From Octopus sinensis (taxonomy: Eukaryota): a DNA stretch of 64,000 bases. The stretch covers positions 11,222,001 to 11,286,000 of the forward strand of contig NC_043012.1 in assembly GCF_006345805.1 (NCBI RefSeq), written 5' to 3'. Within the stretch, counting starts at the first letter, position 1. Every line of letters starts with the position of its first letter. The notes under the pieces are model-generated. The model made no database searches. It was not told the DNA's origin and worked only from the letters and a program-made list of their open reading frames with translations. The position numbers and the translations under genes are program-made. Positions 1 through 11,791 of this stretch are shown piece after piece.

Positions 1-505
1 AGTACCAGGCAGTGGCTCTCATGGCTCTGATCTTAACTGATTGGAAGTGTATTCATGTACATTGTTTTGTCTTGGTATAAAAGATGGGCTACAGCAAATA
101 TTCTGCTCAATACCACAGATTTGCTTGTCAGTTGTTTGACCTTAACCAGTTGAGCAGTCTCTCAGTGGCTGACGATATGTGCATCTCCGATCAAGAGCAG
201 AAGTAGTGGGGGCGCATGATAGCCGTGTGTTGAAAAGAATTCTTAGAAGTTTGGATAATTCATATTTGGATACATGGGTGGCTCGTTCAACATGGGCTAC
301 TCGACCAGAAGAAAATTCTGAATGGATCCCACCTGCAAGGTCATGTACTGTTTAATCTTGATATGAGATCACCATGTCGCACACATATGGTTGTGATGCA
401 TGTAACTGGTGTACTCTTATCAGACGGGTAGTCATGATGGGTATAATGGGCTTCGTATATTTTACCCCAGTGTCACTTTGATGACATGCACTGCTCTCTC
501 ACTCA
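1..505. repeat. Interspersed repeat (left end beyond window) ending at a (TAA)n tract
   Basis: Complex non-coding sequence ending abruptly at (TAA)n; recalled as an abundant octopus repeat but single-copy in this window, so unverified. Confidence 0.35.
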
Positions 506-509
506 ATCA

Positions 510-512
510 TCA

Positions 513-583
<71 letters not shown>

Positions 584-585
584 TA
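510..585. repeat. (TAA)n microsatellite, left flank of the Dong-like insertion
   Basis: Direct reading; produces the poly-I and poly-L ORFs 409..627 and 503..709. Confidence 0.95.
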
Positions 586-1038
586 ATATACTCTGGGATA
601 TGCCGATACACACAGATAGAGAATTAAGGCCAACAGACCAGATATAGTTGTCAGAGATCATGAGAAGAAAATGCTTTCTAATCGATGTATCAATACCAGC
701 GGATGACAACGTGTCTCTAAAAAAATGGAGAAACTCTCAAAATACAAGACCTGGAATAGAGGTAACCAGAATGTGGAATCTAAAAACAGTAACAATCCCT
801 ATCATAGTAGGTGCATTAGATGGTGATAAAAAAATATTCAGACAAATACATAACAAAACACCAGGACTTACAAACACATATAACATACAAAAATTGCACT
901 ACTAGGCACTGCACACATCCTACGCAGAACACTTCCATACAATAACCATCAGAGCATCACAACATCACAGCACCAAGGCACACAGAGCTGCGCTCGGTAG
1001 TGAAGTGAATGCACGCTATAAAAATAAAACTACTGAAT
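586..1038 (+). mobile_element. 5'-truncated R4/Dong-clade non-LTR retrotransposon (restriction-like endonuclease end plus 3'UTR), frameshifted
   Basis: Across frameshifts reads ILWDMPIHTDRE..KANRPDIVVRDH..KCFLIDVSIPADDNVSLK..IEVTRMWNLKTVTIPIIVGAL..NTYNIQKIALLGTAHILRRTL, with the RPD/ID-x-S-I-P RLE motifs; (TAA)n on both sides. Confidence 0.85.
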
Positions 1039-1039
1039 T

Positions 1040-1097
1040 ATATAATAATAATAATGATGATAATAATAATAATAATATAATAATAATAATAATAATA

Positions 1098-1135
<38 letters not shown>
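1040..1135. repeat. (TAA)n microsatellite, right flank/tail of the Dong-like insertion
   Basis: Direct reading. Confidence 0.95.
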
Positions 1136-1136
<1 letters not shown>

Positions 1137-1360
1137 GATATATATCTTTTAATGATAGTTCTTTTTACTGTCTATAGAAATGTCTCATATATACCTATCC
1201 ATATACACTCTTTCAAATGTATCTTCTTTTAATTATGGGAGGGTTTTACCGTTCATTCTCCCCCACCATTCGTATATGTTTTTTTTTCCTTTGGCAATGC
1301 TATTCTGTGTATGCATATAAATATAAATATTTTCCCAAATAAATTGCACTTCGTGTTTGA

Positions 1361-1441
1361 AGTTCCGATGAAGCGATAAGATGATACTCAAGCACTTTAT
1401 TACGAGTGCATTCCATATTATAACCGAAATAGCTGTAAGCT
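1361..1441 (+). ncRNA. Decayed hammerhead-like motif, family 3 (long stem II)
   Basis: AGTT-CCGATGA-A ... GAAA-TAGCTGT-A-AGCT: stem I pairs (one G.U), stem III palindromic, stem II eroded. The 3' half recurs at 29287 and 32540. Confidence 0.35.
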
Positions 1442-1575
1442 AATGAAGTTCATAATTGTTTATTTCCTTTTCATCTCAATTTTTTATTAGTGCGCGGCAC
1501 CCAACTATCACTTCGTTCTGAAGCAAATGCATACCAAGTTCTAACACCAGGTTATTAGCATCGCACTGCCTAGGC

Positions 1576-1614
<39 letters not shown>

Positions 1615-1809
1615 TATATATTATATATATATAGGTACAGCAATGTAACTGCACACGTGCTGTTGGCGATTTCTTTTTCTTTCCTATTCTCCTTGCCGAT
1701 AAGAGCTGTGCTCAAAATATCAAAAACTCATTGTGCTCGTTATCTCATTATTTGTTATTGCTAATTTTAATGTTCATTCATTTGAATTCACTATATATAA
1801 ACACACACA

Positions 1810-1930
1810 GATAGAGAGAGTGAGAGATACATACATACATACATACATACATACATACATACATACATACATACATACATACATACATGTATGAATAGAT
1901 ACGTAGATAGATAAATAGATAGAGAAATAA

Positions 1931-1992
<62 letters not shown>
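1810..1992. repeat. Compound (ATAC)n/(ATAG)n microsatellite
   Basis: Direct reading. Confidence 0.95.
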
Positions 1993-2240
1993 TTATGTGT
2001 GTGTTGTGTGTGTGGTTGTCCTACTATCTTAATAAATGCATTCCAGCTTTGACCACTCCCTCTTTTATTGATATTCCTGTTGCTGCTCAGCTCTCTGTCA
2101 GTCTTAGTTGAACATACGTATATTATCGAAAGCGCTCCACCTGCGACCATCTCATCCTTAAGTATGTCCGTGATTAACTGCCTAATATGTAATTCGTATT
2201 TTAAGACGGCATGATTCAATCTGACGTTTTTTCCTCTTCT

Positions 2241-2638
2241 CTTTTACTCTTTACTCTTTTACTTGTTTCAGTCATTTGACTGCGGCCATGTTGGAGCACC
2301 GCCTTTAATCGAGAAACTCGATCCCAGGACTTATTCTTTTGTAAGCCCAGTACTTATTCTATCGGTCTCTTTTGCCAAACTGCTAAGTAACGGGGACATA
2401 AACACACCAGCATCGGTTGTCAAGCAATGCTAGGGGGACACACACACATGCATATATATATATATACATATATACGACAGGCTTCTTTCAGTTTCCGTCT
2501 ACCAAAGCCACTCACAAGGCATTGGTCGGCCTGGGGCTATAGCAGAAGACACTTGCCCAAGGTGCCACGCAGTGGGACTGAACCCGGAACCATGTGGTTG
2601 ATTAGCAAGCTACTTACCACACAGCCACTCCTGCGCCT
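2241..2638 (-). mobile_element. tRNA-derived SINE family A, full length
   Basis: On the - strand, head AGGCGCAGGAGTGGCTGTGTGGTAAG with B-box-like GGTTCAGTCCC, central microsatellite, tail GAAACAAGTAAAAGAG; more than 15 copies in the window. Confidence 0.9.
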
Positions 2639-2959
2639 CTTCGTTTCTTCTTTTTTTTTCTGCTTTTTTTTCTTCATTTTCTTTTCTAGCAAGTCGATCG
2701 ACCATATAGAGTTTTCGTCATCGGCTCCTCTACTTCAATCGATTTCTCTTACGTATGATCCAGTCATAATAAAAGAAGGGAAATCTCTAAGATGAAATAT
2801 TTTCTGCTTGGTGAAACCATTTGTAGTAATGCACGCCGATAAAGTCAGTTTGAGAAAAACAGACAGGAACTTAATATTATTTCCATCAAATTTAAATTTG
2901 AAACTCTTCATAACATTACTATACACACCCATAGCTAAACACCCGAGTTTTCTCTCTTC

Positions 2960-4250
<1,291 letters not shown>

Positions 4251-4591
4251 TTGGTAGTTTCAATGTCCCGAGTTCACGTACATAATGCATACAAACATGC
4301 GCATGCGCGCACACCACCTACACACATAAACGTACACACACAAATGCACTCACGCACGCACACACGTGTACATATACCTATGTACTCACACAAGCACACA
4401 CATCAGACATATATACACAATCATACATACATACATATATATATATATACATACACCGATACACACATATATGCATGCATATAACCCCAAGGCTATAAAC
4501 ATGATGGAAAAAAGACAACTAAAACATACATACATGCATACAATTATGCATGCATGCATGCAATCATATATATATGATTACATGCATATAT

Positions 4592-4770
4592 ATTTCCTCT
4601 GTCTTCCCTTCTCGGGATCTTTCCTTCTCCTTTGTTTCCGACGAAGAGCTCCGCTCGAAACGTTAAACCCTCCTTCTTCCCTTCTTTCCTGAGCGTCCAA
4701 TAATACTTTATTTGTTCCACGTCCTCGCGTTGCTGTGTTTTTTTTCTGTTTTCTTGTTTGGATTAACTAT
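4592..4770 (+). mobile_element. Short Penelope-like terminal-repeat element, family 1
   Basis: Homologous to 14663-14868 (-) and 31268-31482 (+); TA-rich flanks; contains a hammerhead fold. Confidence 0.6.
4634..4668 (+). ncRNA. Minimal type I hammerhead ribozyme (family 1, U4C core variant)
   Basis: GTTT-CCGACGA-A-GAGC(TCC)GCTC-GAAA-CGT-T-AAAC: 4-bp stem I, 4-bp stem II, palindromic ACGT stem III. Confidence 0.55.
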
Positions 4771-5033
4771 ATATATATGCATTTATACGTGCGTTCATAC
4801 GTATACTTATACAAATATCTGTATATACATACGCAAAATTGAGCGCAATATTTTGCGCTGGGGAACTGATTTCTTAAAATGCGACCCGTGAAAGAGAAAC
4901 TCTTGGATGAATGTAAAATAAATTAAAAAACGGAAGAGTAACACTTAATAAAAAAAATTGCAATTCTATGTTTGTTCTGTGATACCAAAGTGGAACAGCT
5001 TCTTTGACTTCTCTTGGATTTGCGTCAAGTTAC

Positions 5034-5337
5034 CTTTCGAAAGATATGATTTTGGAATCCAAAAGAATAAAGAAGAATTTCATAATATTTAAAGAACACA
5101 AGAGACGGTGAAATTCTAAGAACCGCTTGTTGCAACAAAAATGTTAAATATGTTCCACATATTTGGTAGATAATCCACACGCGATCAGCAACTGCCCTTA
5201 AAATGGCATTGTCTATTGTTGTTAAAACAATAGACAATGGTGCCGGCGGGAATATTGTTCTGCAGCAACACAGAAAGCATATTTCTGATGCTAACACTAT
5301 ATTTATACATTCCAACACAACAAACATAGAATAAGTT
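5034..5337 (-). CDS. Candidate isolated internal exon (101 codons, hydrophobic, unidentified)
   Basis: Acceptor tttcctttccaaag|A, donor AAG|gtaact; open throughout (ORF 5025..5327). No partner exon or family recognised. Confidence 0.25.
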
Positions 5338-6189
5338 CTTTGGAAAGGAAATTAAAAATGATATACCGTTGCAGAGATCAGCTGCTTAGCAGATGTGAGT
5401 ATTTTATTCAAACTTAGCAAGAAAAGGAACGTTTATGATCAACTGCTTCCAAACTTACCATTTCTCTCTCTAGAATATTTATATTTGTAGTTAGTGCTGC
5501 TGTTATCGCTGCTGCTGCTACTGTTGTTGTTGTTGCTTATTTTCAGGTGAATCGTTATCGAGCAAGTCTACGATCAAAAACATGCAAGCTGGTATTATTC
5601 AAGGGATTATAGTCCTTCGGGTTTCCTTATGATATGTGTCCCTTTTCCCTTTTTTTAACTTTCTAGAGTGCGATTTGAGGGAGATTCAGCTGCTTTTTCT
5701 AACCAGTCGAGCAAAGAGAGGAGACAGCAAACCTAAGGGCCGGAAATTGGAGTATGATGGCGAGCAAGATCATTCAAATCTGTCCTTTCTTAGGATGCAA
5801 TCCAACATGTCTGAGAGAGCAGCAGTAGCAACAGCAGCAGTAGTAACCCACCCTCCCATCCCCGAAATCGAAGGGATACTCTTATACTCTTAAATATAAC
5901 TCCTCCCAAATTGCCACCTTGTGCTGTTTGCATTTTCCAAACACATCGTCTTGCATCATTGGTAGAGCATCAACCGCTCAGACGATAACGATCAGCTTTT
6001 AAAGGTCCATTCTCTACCTGTTATTGCAAAAAATTTTCCTGTGTACCAAATGGATTTTAATGAAATGAAGCCAATATTGGACTGTGTTAACACTTTTAGG
6101 TAGAGCAGCTCTCCTGACAGTGACCCATCATTGATTGGAATGACCAGAAACTGAAATCAAGTTTAACAATGAGTAGCCTTCTTCGAGAT

Positions 6190-6290
6190 CAGCGGTTCTC
6201 AGCCGGGGTCTGTATCACCCTTGACGGTCCATATAAGAGTTTGTTATTAAAATTTCATTGTGCAATAAATTGGTTTATTCTTCTACAATA
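6190..6290 (+). mobile_element. Possible hAT-type terminal fragment
   Basis: Begins CAGCGGTTCTCAGCCGGGG, resembling hAT/Charlie TIRs; no partner TIR seen. Confidence 0.3.
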
Positions 6291-6553
6291 CACAAAATAT
6301 AAGTGTGGTGTGGCTGTGTGGTAAGAAGATTGTTTCTCAACTAGTGTATGCGTGTGGTTGTGTGAGAAAGAGAGAGAAAGAGAGAGAAAGAGAAGAAAAG
6401 AAAAAAATGGTTGATGACCTCTGGTCTCGGCAAATGTTTTGAGAAGAACTGTTGGCCCATCACTTCTAATGTTGCCTCAGGATGCACTCGAGGCACCATT
6501 ATTCAGTTGCTGTGTCCATATTAAATAGATACCAGTAATATCTTTTGTCTTTT

Positions 6554-6787
6554 CTCTTTTACTTGTTTCAGTCATTAGACTGCGGCCATGCTGGGGCACC
6601 GCCTTCAAGAATGTTGGTCGAATGGATCGATCCCAGTACTTATTTCTTTTTTCTTTAAGCCTGGTAACTCATTCTACCGGTCTCTTATAACCGAACCGGT
6701 AACTTACGGAGACGTAAACTAACCAACACCGGTTGTCAAGCAGTGTTAAGGGACAAACACATACACAATGACACACATGCAAACAAG

Positions 6788-6870
<83 letters not shown>

Positions 6871-7192
6871 CGGATCAAAGCAGTTTGATTCAAATTCGTT
6901 GGTACTCTTGAGTTTCAAGCGTGATGCTTGTCGTGAGCAATTTTGTGGGTGACTACTAGCATCTTGAAACTCAAGAGCACCAACGAATTTGAATCAAGCT
7001 GTTTTAATCCATACATGTAACTCCCAATAAATTGGTTGAGTACCCTTCGTTCGTTTGTACACTCACTCATAAATGTACACACACACACACACTCACACAC
7101 ACACACACATATATATATATGACGGGCTTCTTTCAGTTTCCATCTCTCACATGAATCTCATTCTCAAATTTTTGATCAGCTTGAGGCTATAG

Positions 7193-7193
<1 letters not shown>
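6554..7193 (-). mobile_element. SINE family A, 5'-truncated, interrupted by a MITE in its central microsatellite
   Basis: Tail half at 6554-6790, eroded 5' part at 7120-7193. Confidence 0.75.
6869..7013. mobile_element. Small hairpin MITE with TA flanks
   Basis: About 51-bp inverted arms (6869-6919 and 6963-7013) differing only by a few transitions; TA at both ends. Confidence 0.7.
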
Positions 7194-7243
<50 letters not shown>

Positions 7244-7293
7244 TATATATATATGTGTGTGTGTGTAGTCTACTATATATATATATATATTAT

Positions 7294-7374
<81 letters not shown>

Positions 7375-7390
7375 ATATATATATATATAT

Positions 7391-7805
7391 AGGCGCAGGA
7401 GTGGCTGTGTGGTAAGTAGCTTGCTAACCAACCACATGGTTCCGGGTTCAGTCCCACTGCGTGGCATCTTGGGCAAGTGTCTTCTGCTATAGCCCCGGGC
7501 CGACCAATGCCTTGTGAGTGGATTTGGTAGACGGAAACTGAAAGAAGCCTGTCGTATATATGTATATATATATATATGGGTGTGTGTGTATATGTTTGTG
7601 TGTCTGTGTTTGTCCCCCTAGCATTGCTTGACAACCGATGCTGGTGTGTTTACGCCCTCGTCACTTAGCGGTTCGGCAAAAGAGACCGATAGAATAAGTA
7701 CTGGGCTTACAAAGAATAAGTCCCGGGGTCGATTTGCTCGACTAAAGGCGGTGCTCCGGCATGGCCGCAGTCAAATGACTGAAACAAGTAAAAGAGTAAA
7801 AAGAG
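7391..7805 (+). mobile_element. SINE family A, full length, near consensus
   Basis: Complete head, body and tail with CpGs retained. Confidence 0.92.
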
Positions 7806-7818
7806 TATATAGTAGACT

Positions 7819-7852
<34 letters not shown>

Positions 7853-7854
7853 GC

Positions 7855-8021
7855 GACAGGCTTCTTTCAGTTTCCATCTATCAAATCCCATTCTCAAGGC
7901 TTTGGTCGGCTTGAGGCTATAGTAGAAGACACTTGCCCGAGGTGCCACGCAGTGGGACTGAGCGCGGGACAACGTGATTAGGATACAAGCTTCTTACCAC
8001 CACACAGCCACACCTGCGCCT
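7855..8021 (-). mobile_element. SINE family A, 5' half
   Basis: Reverse complement of head and body, up to the microsatellite. Confidence 0.85.
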
Positions 8022-8216
8022 ATGTTGAGACTGATTTCGGTGACCAGATCACGTTTGATAATAACAAGTGCTTCTGCTTTAAAAGGTGATTTATTGTGTG
8101 TGGGGTTCATAAGTTAGTCTTAGCGATCACGGTTTAAATCAAACTGGAGCACCTCACTCATAGCGTTCATATGTGGGTCTTTAAATCACTTTTTTCAAAA
8201 CTATCTCCATAAAACT

Positions 8217-8513
8217 ATGTATGTATGTATGTATGTATGTATGTATGTATGTATGTATGTATGTGTGTATATGTGTGTATATATGTATGTGTGTGTATGT
8301 ATTTGTACATGTATGTGTGTTTATGTATGTGTGTACGTATGTATGTATGCATGTATGTATGTATGTGTGTATGTGTGTATATCTGTGTATGTATGTATGT
8401 ATATCTGTGTATGTATGTATGTATGTATGTATGTGTGTGTATGTATTTGTACATGTATGTGTGTATATGTGTATATGTATGTGTGTACGTATCTATGTAC
8501 GTGTGTGTATGTG

Positions 8514-8547
<34 letters not shown>

Positions 8548-8990
8548 TGTGTGTATGTGTGTATATTTGTGTATGTATGTATGTATGTATATATGTGTGT
8601 ATGTATTGTGTATGCATGTGTGTATGTGTACGTATGTATGTACGTATGCATGTGTGTACGAATGTATATGTATGTATGAATGCATGTGTATGTATGTAAG
8701 TATGTGTATCTATGTGTGTGTGTATATATGTGTATATGTATGTATGCCTGTGTATATGTATGTATGTCTGTATGTGTGTATGCATGCATATGTGTTTGTG
8801 TATGTACGTGTTTGTGTGTATGCATGTATATACGTGTGTATGCATGCATGTGTGTATGTGTATGTACGTGTGTGTGTATCTATGTATATATGTGTGTATG
8901 TATGTGTGTGTGTGTGTGTAAGTATGTATGTATATGCACACACACATTTGTGTGTATATATATACATATACGTATACATGCACACACCTG
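8217..8990. repeat. Degenerate (TATG)n/(TG)n microsatellite block
   Basis: Direct reading; source of the MYVC and HTYI ORFs. Confidence 0.95.
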
Positions 8991-9374
8991 CATATATGTG
9001 TCTCTTAGGAGATATAAGTGTTCTCGAAACACCTACGTACCTAAAGCTACTTAACCACAACCCACGTCTCTCACCCTTACACATACATACTTTCAATACC
9101 CCATGCGTACCCCACCATAGATACACATAGTTACACACTGTTAAACACGTGTACATGCATTATTGAGGAGTGTTAATATTTCTATAGACTGATGAGGATT
9201 ATCTTTAAAGGAGAGCGGATTAAAATAATAACAACCATGTTTGTGTAGAGAGATAAGTGTTCGCTTTGTGCAACTGGCTACTAACCAACCGACCAACCGA
9301 CAGCCAGCCAGCGTGGCAACCAACCACGTGGTTTAGTAGGTCAACTGACTAATAAATTCAGTTAACCAGAGACT

Positions 9375-9968
9375 AGAACTCCGCCGAGATCGACTTTGCC
9401 TTTCATCCTTTCGGGGTCAATGAAATAAATAAGTACCAGTTACGCATTGGGGGTCGATGTAATCGATTTAATCCGTTTGTCTGTCCTTGTTTGTCTCCTC
9501 TATGTTTATCCCCCTGTGGGCAATAAAGAAATAAATTATTATCCGTGTCCAAAGGGCGGCGACCTGGCAGAATCGTTAGCACACCGGGCGAAACAATTAG
9601 CGGTATTTCATTTACCGGTATTTCGTTTTGAGTTCAAATTCCGCCGAGGTCGACATTCATCCTTTCGGGATCGATTAAATAAGTACCAGTTACGCATTGG
9701 GGTCGATATAATCGACTTAATCCGTCTGTCTGTCTTTGTTTGTCCTTTCTGTGTTTAGCACCTTGTGGGTAGTAAATAAATAGATATTTCGTTTGCTGGT
9801 ATTTCGTTCTGAGTTCAAATTCCACCGAGGTCGACCTTGCCTTTCATCCTTTCGGGGTCGATTAAATAGATACCAGTTACGCACTGGAATCGATGTAATC
9901 AACTTAATCCATTTGTCTGTCCTTGTTTGTCCCCTCTGTGTTTAGCCCCCTGTGGGCAATAAAGAAAT
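9375..9968 (+). mobile_element. Tandem cluster of SINE family B (about 3 units)
   Basis: Head GGCGGCGA(G/C)CTGGCAGAATCGTTAGC, core GCCTTTCATCCTTTCGGGGTCGATTAAATAAGTACCAG, tail AGCCCC..GTGGGCAATAAAGAAAT. Confidence 0.88.
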
Positions 9969-11415
9969 ACATTACGATCTACGTCACTTACACACAAACA
10001 CACACGCGCGAGCACACATTACATAATTCGCACGCAAAGATTACAGAAACTCGCCGGAAGGCAAGCGCACAACAGGAAAGGTCTTCAGAGGAAGAACTCC
10101 CATCCGACAAGTGTTTCAGCCCTTATAGTTGACACTTTACAGGAGGCGAGCCCACCCAGGTATGACTCCTAGGTGTCCTCCTGCTGCTTTCTAAATTCTG
10201 TCTCCAGCGAGATTTGAACCTGGTTCGTTCTTTTGTTCGTAGGTCTGTGTTACGGCCCACCAGACAACTCCGACTGTTGAAGGAACCAGTTTTCTTCCTT
10301 CTGTTCCTGTAAATAACCAATGGAATCAATAATTAGGTCCATTAGTGATTCTTCTTCGCCCATATCTACATTGAGCCATTTTCAGCAACATCAGACAAGC
10401 CTTTAACTGTGGCCTTTGATACCCAACTGCCCGAGTAGCCGACGGGTTGATGCAGCCACAATATTGGTTAATCGGGAATCGAAATCGGCTCGAATGTCAA
10501 ATATGAAGTCGACTGGTCAACAGCTTCCATATTTGGATGAACCGCGCCTACTTGATTCTCATCTACCCGATACACTGAATTGCCACCATACATTAAAACT
10601 ATAAATTGTAATTCTAGGAGAAATTCCTTTTTTTTTTTTTTTTTTGTAATTGAAAAGAAAATTTAGAACATTCTTTCACGTGATATGCCTTTTCGAGCCA
10701 AATCTGAAATGTTATAAAACCTCGTACATTTTGCAATAGATATATAGATTAAATGATCTGCTACAGAAATGTTTAACGTTCGAATCCAGCTTTTATCTTC
10801 CACCATGGGACGTCTATTAATCTTCTTTGGACTTCTAAGTAATAATACTTTATCGTTATCATTTCACCTGCTTTCGAAAACTTATCAATGACTATCTTAA
10901 CTAACCATAAACCACAAAAACTTGTCTTAACTTACTATGTGTATGCCTTATATTTCCGATTTCAACCTATCTTTGCTGTTCTTTTCATTTTGTGCTACTT
11001 TTTTTTCTGTAAAAAGCATCTTTTTTCACTGAGATAGCATCAATGGAAATATAATTGTTTATAAGAAATAAATCTGTTCTTCTTCCCGTCTTCAGATACT
11101 TTATCGTAATTTATTTAACTATTATTACACATTCAATGAAATAAAAATCTACTTTAAACCAAATGCTGCAACTTCTTACAATGAGTCTATTTCGACAACA
11201 CGGTTTGACTCAGTTATTCCCGACAAATGTGGCTACATAGACCCACGTTGTTCCGTTTCGTGCATCGTTCACAGACTAAACCGACACGGTTCGCATGTTG
11301 TGGGCGAATATGTTTCATATGAGTGATGCAACCAACAATTTTGCTACTTCCGCTTCGCAGTGTGCCAGTTATGCGCTTTCTTTGTGTAGGTCACAAGTAT
11401 ATCAAGGTTTCATAA

Positions 11416-11778
11416 TCTCTCTCTATATAAACGGCAAAATGTCTGTGTGCGTGTCCTTTATACAAATCCACAATTTTTCAGTTAGAGGGCTCGCCCTTTC
11501 TATGGTCATTCAAAACCATCCAAGGGTGGTCGTGCACATCTTTACATTTCCCCAGTCACCCCGCAAAGCCATTAAAAGATCAATAAAGTTACATTTTTGT
11601 GAATTTTCTATCCAAAACCCAGTCAAAATGCCCGAAACTTGAAACGCCAATTGAGTGCCAGCTAGCTGTATGTGATTGGTCGGAGATTTGGACAGTACTC
11701 GCGTGTATATGCGCACGCACGCAGCTGTTTATGCATGCACTAGCACTATGACCCGGCAACGCCGGGTCATAGTGCTAG
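11416..11778 (+). mobile_element. Non-autonomous Helitron (363 bp)
   Basis: A|TC..TATATAAA 5' end, CTAG|T 3' end, no TSD, GC-rich terminal hairpin CCCGGC-AAC-GCCGGG. Confidence 0.8.
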
Positions 11779-11791
11779 TATACTACTAAAT

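Noticed and set aside
8215-9156. Overlapping MYVC/HTYI ORFs
   Set aside because: Degenerate (TATG)n repeat.
10030-10600. GC-balanced unique segment that looks coding
   Set aside because: All frames interrupted by stops, no recognisable motif, no consistent splice pair; possibly an old TE relic.
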